DNA of 32,000 nucleotides from Candidatus Saccharimonadota bacterium (GCA_042852035.1 BAAFHK010000003.1:90001-122000); one strand, 5' to 3'. Counted from the first letter of the stretch, positions 10,397-19,802 are shown. A program made the numbers and translations. The notes: generated by a model from the letters alone, not told the origin.

Positions 10397-10723
10397 TTAT
10401 TTTACAGAAAGAGAAAGATCAATATGAGAAGTCCGTTTAAGGATTCGGTGAGCTCGACCTCGAGAAATCGGATTAATGCGACGGTAAACAAGACCTTGAG
10501 TGACAATTACTGAAGCAATAGAAAGTTCAGCAACATTTTGTGAATCGTTGTGAGTCGCGTTTGCTACAGCACTTGCAAGTACTTTGTACATAATATCAGC
10601 ACCCTTCTTTGGCATAAAACGAAGAGTATCGAGAGCCTCTTTTGCTCTCATATCACGGATAATGTAGGCGATCACATTGAGTTTTTTTGGGGAGATGCGA
10701 ACGTTTCTAACAGAAGCTTTCAT
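10397..10723 (-). CDS. rplV: 50S ribosomal protein L22
   Basis: The intact 108-aa ORF reads MKASVRNVRISPKKLNVIAYIIRDMRAKEALDTLRFMPKKGA... Confidence 0.93.
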   Translation of the reverse strand: MKASVRNVRISPKKLNVIAYIIRDMRAKEALDTLRFMPKKGADIMYKVLASAVANATHNDSQNVAELSIASVIVTQGLVYRRINPISRGRAHRILKRTSHIDLSLSVK

Positions 10724-10771
10724 AAAAGTTGAATTAATATTTGAGATAACAGGTATTCAATGATTCGTCTA

Positions 10772-11035
10772 TTATTTATTTCCAGAGTGAGCACGGAAGA
10801 CGCGAGTAAAGGAGAACTCTCCGAGTTTATGTCCAACCATGTCTTCAGTTACAAATACTGGGACATGTTGTTTTCCATTGTGAACACCGAAGGTGTGACC
10901 AACGAATTCTGGAGTAATTGTACACGAACGTGACCATGTTTTGATAACATTCTTGCGTCCTGAGGTATTAAGTGTTTCCACTTTTTTAACGAGACGAAGG
11001 TCGATGTAAGGTCATTTCTTGAGACTGCGAGTCAT
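10772..11035 (-). CDS. rpsS: 30S ribosomal protein S19
   Basis: Track ORF 10772-10981 extends upstream through one TGA: MTRSLKK[G][15 protein letters not shown]...[25 protein letters not shown]... The SLKKGP motif uses the TGA at 11012-11014. Confidence 0.92.
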
Positions 11036-11072
11036 AATTGTGAATTAAAGGTTGAAATATTTCATAGGGGAA

Positions 11073-11915
11073 TTAGCCTTGGAGCTTTCCTGTGCGAGTT
11101 CTGAGAATCCAACGGTCAGTTGATTTTCTTGATCGAGTCTTTACTCCACGAGCAAGTTTTCCTTTTGGTGTTTTTGGACCCTTTCTTTGTCAGACTGATT
11201 GATGTCCTTCACCTCAACCATGTGGATGATCTACTGGGTTCATTGATGAACCAAGAACGGTAGGACGACGACCCATCCAACGTGAACGCCCTGCCTTACC
11301 TATAGTAATTTGATTCCAATCAGCATTTGAGACAACGCCGAGAGTTGCAAAACATTTCTTATGAACAATTCTAATTTCTCCACTTGGCATTTTTACTTGT
11401 GTATACTCACCTTCTTGGGAGATTACCTGAGCACTTGATCCAGCTGATCGGATAGTAGAAGCTCCTTGTCCGACAATCATTTCAACGTTGTAAACACTCA
11501 TTCCAGTTGGGATATTTCCGATTTCCATTCTATTTCCAGCAACTGGTTTTGCAGTAACTGAAGTTACAATTTCATCACCAACTTTCATCTCAGAATGAGC
11601 AAGAACATATCGACGTTCTCCATCTCGATAACATACAAGTGCAATAAATGCGCTGCGATATGGGTCGTATTCGATAGTTTCTACTTTTGCTGGAACATCA
11701 AGTTTATCAAAAGCAAAGTCTACAATACGGTAAAGTTTCTTATGACCCGCACCTTGATGACGAACCGCAAGACGACCGAGATTATTTCGACCAGCAGACT
11801 CTTTTATGTAGCGAGTAAGTGGCTTATATGGTGTATTTGTCGTAAGCTCTTCGTAGGTAAGACTGGTCATGAAACGACGAGATGGGGTGGTTGGTTTATA
11901 CTTTTTGATTCACAT
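11073..11915 (-). CDS. rplB: 50S ribosomal protein L2
   Basis: Track ORF 11214-11870 extends both ways: M[G]IKKYKPTTPSRRFMTSL... at the N-terminus and ...SSMNPVDHPHG[G]GEGHQSV[G]QRKGPKTPKGK... down to TAA 11073. The TGA at 11214-11216 lies inside the universally conserved HPHGGGEG motif. Confidence 0.93.
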
Positions 11916-11953
11916 AGGAGTGAGATTAGTGATTGATTCTTTTTAGGAGGGGA

Positions 11954-12247
11954 TTACTTTGCAACTTCGAAGTTCGCGATTTTTTGACCTTTTTTGAGTG
12001 TTACCATTGCCTTCTTCTCGATTCGACGCTTTTGAGCTGCACCGAACTTTGTATTATGGTACTTTTCACGAGTAGCTGTCATGTTTACCTTCTCTACCTC
12101 TACTCCGTAGATGGTCTTGAATGCATTTTTTACATCGATTTTTGTCGATTCTGGAGCAACCATACAAGTATATACTCCGCGGACTTCGCCGTCGGTTGAC
12201 TTATTAGTAACAACGAATCGTTGGATGACAGAATAGAGAGAATTCAT
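11954..12247 (-). CDS. rplW: 50S ribosomal protein L23
   Basis: The intact 97-aa ORF lies in the conserved position between rplD and rplB and contains ...KIDVKNAFKTIYGVEVEKVN... Confidence 0.9.
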   Translation of the reverse strand: MNSLYSVIQRFVVTNKSTDGEVRGVYTCMVAPESTKIDVKNAFKTIYGVEVEKVNMTATREKYHNTKFGAAQKRRIEKKAMVTLKKGQKIANFEVAK

Positions 12248-12276
12248 AGGAGTGATTTTACAGAATTTGAAGAAAC

Positions 12277-12900
12277 TTATTTAGAAAAATGTTCGTAAAG
12301 GTGCTTGAGGGAAGCCTCTGTGAAGACAAGATCCGTATACTTTAAAAGTGAGTGTGGATTAAGGTATTCTACATTGACAACCTTTACTTCTGGAAGATTC
12401 CATGCTCCGAGAACGCTATCTTTCTCTTCTCGAGTAATAGCAAGGAGAGGCTTTTTCGCTTCCATAGTTGAAAGAAGTTTTTGCATGTCCTTTGTTTTTA
12501 CAGTTTCTTTTCCGAGTTTTTCAAGAACTTTTACGTTTTTTGCAGAAGCCTTAGTTGAAAGAAGGGAAAGGAGAGCAAGACGACGCTCTTGAGCGTTCAT
12601 AGCTACTGTCCAATTTTGTTCATTTCGAGGACCAAAGACCACTCAACCACCACGACGCATTGGAGAACGGCGATCACCCATACGAGCGTTACCAGTACCC
12701 TTTTGCTTGAAGAGCTTTCGAGTAGAACCATTAACTTCACCGCGATGCTTCACGTGAGCAATAGCGATACGACCATTTGCTTGTTGAAGAACAAGAAGTC
12801 GGTGGATAAGCCCAGTGTTTGGTTCTACACCAAAGTGAGTTTTTTCAAGGTCGACGGTTCCTTTTTCTTTTCAAGTGATGTCGAAGAGAGGAGCTTTCAT
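12277..12900 (-). CDS. rplD: 50S ribosomal protein L4
   Basis: Track ORF 12277-12642 extends upstream through two TGA codons: MKAPLFDIT[G]KEKGTVDL...KQKGTGNARMGDRRSPMRRGG[G]VVFGPRNEQNW... Confidence 0.9.
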
Positions 12901-12934
12901 AGAGAATTTTTAGTAATTTTGATTTGGAATGGAA

Positions 12935-13489
12935 CTAGAAGGAGAGAGTCACAAGAGAGTTACGAGCACCAGGAACAGGTCCTTTTACAGCAATGACCCT
13001 AAGATCCTTATTAACGAGAACGAGTGGAACCTCTTTGAGAGTAACTTTATCCACACCCATATGTCCATGCATCTTCTTTCCAAGTTTTGTTCGGCGTGGT
13101 TTACGATTACCAATAGAACCAAGGGAACGAACATATTTATGTCCGTGTGAAGCAGGAAGACCTGAGAAGTTCCAACGCTTCATCGCACCAGCATATCCCT
13201 TACCCTTTGATATAGAAGAAAGATTAACTTTTTCAACTCCTTCAAGGACATCGAGAGTGATTTCTGCACCCTTCTCAAGAGAAGAGAGAGCACCATCATG
13301 AGCTACCTCACGAAGAGTTTCTTGCTTTCCATCCTTCATTGATACAACGATTGCAGTATATCCATCCTTCTCTACAGTCTTTACTTGAGCAACCGTAAGA
13401 GTAGGAACCTTGATGAGGGTAACTGGCGTGAATGCTCCATTATGAAGCACACGAGTCATTTCGAGTTTTTTTCCGATAATTCCAGCCAT
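12935..13489 (-). CDS. rplC: 50S ribosomal protein L3
   Basis: The intact 184-aa ORF reads MAGIIGKKLEMTRV...SKGKGYAGAMKRWNFSGLPASHGH...HMGVDKVTLKEVPLVLV... and ends at a TAG stop. Confidence 0.9.
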   Translation of the reverse strand: MAGIIGKKLEMTRVLHNGAFTPVTLIKVPTLTVAQVKTVEKDGYTAIVVSMKDGKQETLREVAHDGALSSLEKGAEITLDVLEGVEKVNLSSISKGKGYAGAMKRWNFSGLPASHGHKYVRSLGSIGNRKPRRTKLGKKMHGHMGVDKVTLKEVPLVLVNKDLRVIAVKGPVPGARNSLVTLSF

Positions 13490-13520
13490 AATTGTGGGTG
13501 TGATTATATGTAAATGAGAG

Positions 13521-13607
13521 GTTGTGCGGAGGCTTTCTATAAGAAAGGTTACCGTACAACGTCACTATTTTTCTGTTCTCGAGGTTTCTCTGCAGGTCTA
13601 CCTCGGG
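13521..13607 (-). promoter_or_regulatory. Structured 5' leader of the rplC operon, with two hairpins between the promoter and the rplC ATG
   Basis: The first inverted repeat pairs 13521-13529 gttgtgcgg with 13552-13560 ccgtacaac and has an inner ctttc/gaaag stem. The second pairs 13578-13585 with 13600-13607 (ctcgaggt / acctcggg). Both lie inside the predicted 5' UTR of about 130 nt. Confidence 0.35.
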
Positions 13608-13626
13608 AAATATTAAAAGTAGCGGG

Positions 13627-13654
13627 ATTATAGAAAAAAGGAAATGAATGTCAA
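13627..13654 (-). promoter_or_regulatory. Near-consensus sigma-70 promoter of the ribosomal protein operon (TTGACA-16 nt-TATAAT on the minus strand)
   Basis: The minus strand reads attcttTTGACAttcatttccttttttcTATAATcccgct. The -35 hexamer is at 13654-13649 and the -10 hexamer at 13632-13627. Both hexamers are perfect and oriented toward rplC. Confidence 0.55.
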
Positions 13655-13733
13655 AAGAATTTCTTAAAGAAAGACAAAAATAAAAAGAGAAACGAGAGAA
13701 AGAGCAAGGGAAAAAGAAAAATACGTATACAAT

Positions 13734-14042
13734 ATGTGGACGAAAAAATGGAAAAGCGTTTGGAGAATGAATGAAGTTATTGGTAATTACACCCCTTCAA
13801 TTGAAGTAAAAAAATATAAGAATCTTTCTAGATTACCTCATTTCACTCGTGAGTGACGGGGGCCAGTATTCTTTGCTTCTTTCTTTGTCGAATTTTTAGA
13901 TTTTGTCCGCGAGCGTTTTCGTATAAAATCGAAACTGTCTCTTGAGTGAAACGAGGAGTTTTTCGATTTTAGAAAACTGAGCGATAACAAAATCAGAAAT
14001 GAGACAACAAAAGAAGGACTTTTTGGTACTTTTTGGTTATAA
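13734..14042 (+). CDS. Hypothetical small protein (102 aa, visible only with TGA=Gly)
   Basis: The frame is open from ATG 13734 to TAA 14040-14042 and contains two TGA codons: MWTKKWKSVWRMNEVIGNYTPSIEVKKYKNLSRLPHFTRE[G]RGPVFFASFFVEFLDFVRERFRIKSKLSLE[G]NEEFFDFRKLSDNKIRNETTKEGLFGTFWL. I recognise no family. It ends 16 nt before the rsmA ATG. Confidence 0.25.
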
Positions 14043-14058
14043 AAAGTACATAAATACT

Positions 14059-14877
14059 ATGAAATCTATTAAAGCCAAAAAATCTCTCGGTCAAAACTTC
14101 CTCATCGATGAAGAAGCCCTCACCGATATAGCTCGCGCGAGTATTCTCGCAGAAAAACATGTCATCGAAGTCGGACCTGGGTATGGCGCATTGACCGAAT
14201 ACATCCTCTCCCATCATCCTGCGAGCCTCGACATGGTTGAGCTTGATCCTGATATGGTCGAGATACTTGATGCGAGATTTATGGCAGATGAGAAACCTCC
14301 AGAAATCAGCGAAAACTTTCATCGTATCGTGAAGGCAACTCCGATTGCTCTCCATCACCAGGATGTCCTCACGTTCACTCCACCCTATGAGGAATACGTC
14401 GTCATAGCCAATATCCCCTACTATATCACGAGCCCCATTCTCTTCCATTTCCTCTATGATATAAAAAATCCTCCCGAAGAAATGGTCATCATGATGCAGG
14501 AGGAAGTCGGAGAAAAAATACTCGAATGACGTGAGAGAAAACCCCATCACTCCTACCTCTCCCTCGCAATGGAACTTGCCTGTGAAGATATAGAGATTGT
14601 GCGATATGTTGGCAGAGAGAGCTTTGACCCTCCTCCAAAGGTGGATTCCATCGTTCTTAAATTCACGGTAAAAAAAGAGCGCGACCGATCAAAAGAAGAG
14701 AAACTTCTCAAACTCTGGCGACACGCCTTCATCCAACCACGTAAGACGCTCCTCTCAAATATGCGAGGGAGCCCCTATGACTCCGATACGGTCAAAGCGT
14801 GGATCCTCGAATGTGGATATAATGAGAAAGTGCGAGCTGAGGCAGTGGGATTGGAGGATTGGGAGAAAATACAATAA
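14059..14877 (+). CDS. rsmA: 16S rRNA (adenine1518/1519-N6)-dimethyltransferase RsmA/KsgA
   Basis: Track ORFs 13999-14529 and 14569-14877 are in the same frame and join through one TGA. The sequence reads MKSIKAKKSLGQNFLIDEE...HVIEVGPGYGALTE...VIANIPYYITSPIL... I placed the start at ATG 14059, giving the usual short N-terminus before the GQNFL motif. Confidence 0.9.
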
Positions 14878-14945
14878 GACTGTATTCAAATATTTTCTTT
14901 TCTCATTTTCTCCGTATATTCTCGGAGATATTTTCTCCTATTCTT

Positions 14946-16229
14946 ATGCAAAACCTCCCTCCTTCTCTCAGACTTCCATGTTCAAGCGAAGTCATAAAAA
15001 AAGCCATCGAAACAAATCATGGTATAACTCCTTTTCACCTCTATAGCGAATCGAGAATGCGAAAACAATCAGAGAATCTGAAACTCGCTTTTGAAAAAGT
15101 AGGACTTCCATTCAAAAATCATTTTGCCGTGAAGGCACTCCCAAATCCACATGTCATGGAAATACTCAAAAGTGAAGGTATGGGAATGGACTGTAGCTCA
15201 GTCGCGGAACTCATGCTCTGTGACCGCATCGGGCTTTCTGGTACAGATATCATGTTCACCTCGAATAATACGAGTGAAGCAGAATTTCGAGAAGCAATGG
15301 ATCGAGGAGCCATCATCAATCTCGATGACATTACCCATATCGAAACACTTATGCGAGTTGGGATTCCTGAAGTCGTCTGCTGTCGATACAATCCTGGGAC
15401 TGAGAAAGTCGGAACAGGCATCATCGGCAATCCTGTCGAGGCAAAATATGGGATGCGCAAGGATCAAATAATAGAAGCCTATAGAAGACTTAAAGAACTT
15501 GGATGCAAACGATTCGGACTTCATGCGATGCTTGTTTCGAATGAGCGCGATGAAGCAAAGCTCATCGAAAATGCTCGAATCCTTTTTGGTCTTGCAAGTG
15601 AAATATATACCACTACGGGGGTAAGTTTTGAATTTATCAATCTAGGTGGAGGTATCGGTATCCCTTACCGACCGACTGACCACGAAGTCGATCTTGATAT
15701 ATTCGCAAACTGAGTAAAACACGAATATGAGAAAAGTTTTTCCATGCTTGATATGAAACCAAAAGTCTATATGGAAAATGGTCGATATATCACGGGACCA
15801 GCAGGAATACTCATAACCCAAATACTTAATATCGCTGAAAAGCACCGAAAGTTTATCGGAGTTGATGCTTCGATGGCGAACCTCATGCGACCAGGAATGT
15901 ATACGACAAAAAATCCTGATGGAAGCTGGGACGAGTGCTATCATCATATCACTATCCTCTGAAAAGAGGATGCTCTTCTTACGGAATTTGCAAATGTCAC
16001 AGGAAGTCTCTGTGAGAATAATGATCAATTCAGTCGCGGCCGAAATCTCCCAGAGGTAATAAAATGAGATATTATGATCATACATTCGACGTGAGCACAC
16101 GGCCAATCCATGGCCTTCCAATACAATGGAAAACTTCGATGCGCGGAACTTCTCGTAGAAGCAGATGAAAATATCAAGAAAATCAGACGCGCGGAAACCT
16201 ATGAGGATCTTTTTGAGACCATTCTCTAA
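14946..16229 (+). CDS. lysA: PLP-dependent group IV decarboxylase, diaminopimelate decarboxylase (LysA) type
   Basis: Track ORFs 14859-15713 and 15744-15962, plus downstream pieces, join through four TGA codons. The sequence reads ...FAVKALPNPHVMEILKSEGMGMDCSSVAELML...INLDDITHIE...CCRYNPG...FINLGGGIGIPY...CENNDQF...IIHST[G]AHGQSMAFQYNGKLRCAELLV...RRAETYEDLF. It resembles the Bacteroides/Clostridium-type LysA as I remember it. Confidence 0.75.
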
Positions 16230-16261
16230 TTTCGAGTATCAAAAAATATTTCATGAATCCT

Positions 16262-18109
16262 CTAATGTGCTTGGGGTTTTACGTTATCAACCGGCCGAAG
16301 AAATACATGCATCGCATTTTTCCCCTCTAGCGCCGTAAGTATTACTTTCTTATCTTTGAGTCATTTGAGTTCTATATTGAGCCACTTTTGTTCATCTTGA
16401 GTAAGGCGAGAGATTCCAATATCAAATGCTAAACCATGCATGTGGGAAGTTTTTCCATCTTTTGCTTTATGGTTTCCTCTTGATGGAATTTTATCATAGT
16501 ACTCTTGAGGTCGAGCGAGACTCGTAATCGGAAGTTTTTTTCATGGGAATTTCATATCAAACCTTCCTGCAATTTCTTGGAGAAGGCGGAGGGTTGGAGG
16601 ATCGAGTGCACGAAGAAGATTTTTTTTGGAAGGATCAGACTCATATTCTCCGATCTCTGTTAAAATATATCCTCTTCCTGATTCAGGAACTAAGATAAGC
16701 TTTGACGATTTAATCCCGTCAGCAATATCAGAATACGTCTGAAAGGATTTTCGTAATTGCATCTCGCTTCTCTCTCGTTTGAGTTCGGGAGTTTTTCCAT
16801 CAGATCCTACTTTTCCTTTTCCTGTCCTTCTATTAGCAGAAATAATTTTCTTATCTTCCTGAAATTCAAGTTCTACTTTAGCAGTATTGGGACTTAGTGG
16901 AACCTTCAGACCATAGTGCTTCTCAAGCTCCTGTCGAACATAGCGTGTTTTAAGGAAATAGATCTGTGATTCGAGAGGGAGACCCTCAAAGATATCCCCC
17001 CATCTTTTTCCATTTCTTAAATCCGCAGAAATAGATGTTCCCTTATTGTATGATGCACCTAAAATACCAAGAATATCTGATTTCTGGGGCTTTCCTTGAA
17101 TATAGAGAAGATAATTTTCTTTAAAACCAGCGGGGAATGTCTTGAGTACATCATCAAACCAGAGAATCTGAGCCATCATAGCATTCGTATGATCCTGCAT
17201 TCAGGCAATAAAATCTGGATTCAGTTTGGCAGATGGATAGTGTTCATTGGCGAGTGTTGTATAGGGCCCCTTTCTCATCTGAGCCGTTCCGAGTGCTCAA
17301 ACGCCTGGACTTAGGGAATAGTTATAGGCGGAACGTTTATTATTTGCATACTGATTGAGTGTCTCACCCATCTTGTCTCCCATAATTTTAAAGACCTCTG
17401 CACGAGGCTTTAAGGTATGAGTAGCAAGACTTCCGATATAAATATCATTATCCATATGCTCAACGATATTAAATAACATCGGAAGCCAGTATGGGATGAC
17501 TTCATGAACTTTTTTTCCTGGAAATGCTTGCGAGGGAACATTGGCTCACTTAATTTTTTCATGAGCCTGTCGGAAGCTTGATTGTAGATATTCAAAACCA
17601 TTCTTTCTCTTCTCTATGCCATCACGGAGTGGTTCATAAGGGACATAAGAGACGAAGCTATAGGGCCTATTTGTTTTATAAGATCCTGCATACTGTGATG
17701 TTACTGGAAATGAGATTCCATAAATCTGATATCCAACAGGAAGTGCCGCACTAAATTGTTGATTTACTCATACTCATTCACGAAAAGTAATGCGAAATAC
17801 CTTCGTTTTATCTGGTGAGGTGTACTGAAATATTTTATCTCCAACTCGTTCCAGTTTCAGAAGAGTAAATGTTCCACCCTTCTCTGATTTTGTAGCAATA
17901 TAAAATGTCTGTTGATTGTCAGCTCCTTTTTCTCTCTTTGCAACTTCTTCATCGAGAAACCGAATCACATCAGTTCCTCATCGTTCTATACTTTGTCTGA
18001 ATCAAAGTCTTTGCTTAAGACCATCAAGCCAGCTTTCAGAATATTCAGACTTCGCCTCTTTGGGTGAATCTGGTGACAGATTATGTTCGAGATTTGGATT
18101 TCTTGTCAT
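16262..18109 (-). CDS. Large hypothetical protein (615 aa) with a C-terminal LAS/M15-like zinc peptidase domain
   Basis: Track ORFs 16541-17200, 17297-17479 and 17774-17968 share one frame and join through about 10 TGA codons, from ATG 18109 to TAG 16262. The C-terminus reads ...LPITSLARPQEYYDKIPSRGNHKAKDGKTSHMHGLAFDIGIS...ALEGKNAMHVFLRP, which fits the H-x-x-G-x-A-x-D...H metal-ligand pattern of M15/LAS peptidases. I do not recognise the N-terminal roughly 500 aa, and there is no obvious signal peptide. Confidence 0.6.
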
Positions 18110-18162
18110 AAAAGCCTCTTTCTATGAGACTATCAGAATTTATGAAGAAATACAAATTCTAC

Positions 18163-19101
18163 TTATACAAGTTTTGAAATTTTTGCCATGAAAAATCCTT
18201 CAGTTTCAGTGCTTGGAAGTATTCGTACGGTTTTTTCCATTTGTGCACCATATTCCTTTCATTCAAAAGCAGTTATTCCACTTTTCCACCACGCCTTCTC
18301 TGAAAGACCAATATCAATTGGTTCAAGAATTAGGTCTTGATATTCAAGGAGCACCCTTGAGATAACTCATTCATTTTCTTCTGGGGCTAAGGTGCAAGTA
18401 GAGTAAACGATTGTTCCGCCCCTTTTAAGACGTTTTACAGCAAGAGAGAGAAGCTCATACTGAAGATCGGCCTTTTTCTCTATATTTTCTAAAGACCAGA
18501 ATCCGTAGGATTTCTCATTTCGAAGGTTGATTCGTCATTCTGCACTACAAGGAGCATCAAGAAGAATAGAATCAAAGAGGTCTTGAGATGATTCAAGAAA
18601 TTTTCTCGCATCAATTTTCCTCCCTTCTATAATTTCCGATCCCTGAAGGCGAGCATTATAGAGAAGCTTATCAAAACGAATTTGGTTTTGTTCAAGAGCG
18701 ATAATAGATCATTGATTTTCCATTATCATTGCCATTTGAGTTGTTTTTGATCCTGGAGCGGCACAAACATCGAGAATCTTTCTTCACTTTTTGGGCTGAA
18801 GAATCAGAGCTGGAAGCATCGATGAAAGCGACTGGAGATACATTTTTCCTCCATAAAAAGCATTCGTCCCTTTTATGGCATAATCATGCTCATTCGAAAA
18901 AATGAAAACTCCTGAAAGGGATTCATATTTTTCGAAAAAAATCCCTTTTTGATTCATTTCATCAAGCACTTCAGATTCATTTGATTTCAGGGTATTTATC
19001 CGAAAAGAACCCTTTCTTTCCGATGAATATGCTCTAAGAACCAAATCAAAATCACTCCCCAGTATTGCCTTAAGGCGAGATGTAAGAAGAATTGGAAGCA
19101 T
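18163..19101 (-). CDS. SAM-dependent rRNA cytosine-C5 methyltransferase, RsmB/RsmF (NOL1/NOP2/Sun) family
   Basis: Track ORF 18784-19119 continues through TGA codons: ...LQPKK[G]RKILDVCAAPGSKTTQMA...ILLDAPCSAE[G]...GGTIVYSTCTLAPEENE... I chose the start at ATG 19101 (MLPILLTSRLKAILG) because it overlaps the upstream gene's stop as TAATG. ATG 19119 is an alternative start. Confidence 0.8.
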
Positions 19102-19712
19102 TATTTTGGGAGAAAACATTTATCCCCATAGGAATCAAGAAATACCTCCCCTCTGTTTTCCATCTTTTCATTCCACTCTTCTGGACTTCCATAATCAGCA
19201 AAATCCTTATACCATCAGTGGGAGAATTTTGGACGATGAGCTGCTTTTATCGGACACCAATAACGTTCCGTGCGAGCCCCAATTTCGACTGCATATCCTG
19301 CAAGGCCATTGAAATAACTACAATAAAGACAATTAATCTTTTGGATAATATTAAGATAATCAAGAAATCGTCGCTCGTAGATGAAATAGTCCTTTCGCTT
19401 AACACAAGGAATCCGATACAGTGGAAAACAAATCCACTGATAGAGGCTTATGGCAATATCAAAAACAAGAGCAAACAGGAATACTCCATAAATAAACGGA
19501 ATGGAGAGAATATGACGCACATCGGCTGGAAGAACATATTTCCAAGTAGGGAGCTTAAATCAGCGATTTCGTTTTCGAAATTCCTCGAGAAAGATAACCT
19601 TTCGCTTTCGAAGCTCAAAACCATATTTATCTGCAAGCCTATCATATTCTCATCGGAGTTCACTGTTTAGCTTTTCGATTTTCTCAAGGAGCTCCTTAAT
19701 TGTTGAACGCAT
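19101..19712 (-). CDS. Hypothetical membrane protein with a conserved-looking Cys motif (C-x2-C...WCP)
   Basis: Track ORF 19215-19520 extends both ways through TGA codons: MRSTIKELLEKIEKLNSELR[G]EYDRLADKYGFE...SIPFIYGVFLFALVFDIAISLYQWICFPLY...INCLYCSYFNGLAGYAVEIGARTERYWCPIKAAHRPKFSH[G]WYKDFADYG... It is 203 aa with at least one clear transmembrane helix. Confidence 0.65.
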
Positions 19713-19802
19713 AGAAAGTAGTGTTACGAAAGATTTCTGAAACCTTGGATGTCTTCTCTGCTTCCCCTATAAGCGTTCATCCTGATTAAATAGATAGGAG
19801 GC

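Noticed and set aside
3103-13489. The fragmented ribosomal protein and secY ORFs could be pseudogenes, frameshifted genes or sequencing errors.
   Set aside because: Every interruption is a TGA, never a TAA or TAG. The flanking fragments are always in the same frame. The interruptions fall on conserved Gly positions of essential proteins. Decay or sequencing errors would give mixed stop types and frameshifts.
13490-14058. An rpsJ (S10) gene, a tRNA or another RNA gene could be hidden in the gap upstream of rplC.
   Set aside because: Translating both strands with TGA=Gly gives no S10-like sequence. There is no cloverleaf-type T-arm (GGTTCGAATCC-like) or other RNA-gene signature. The region is better explained by a promoter, a leader and one orphan ORF.
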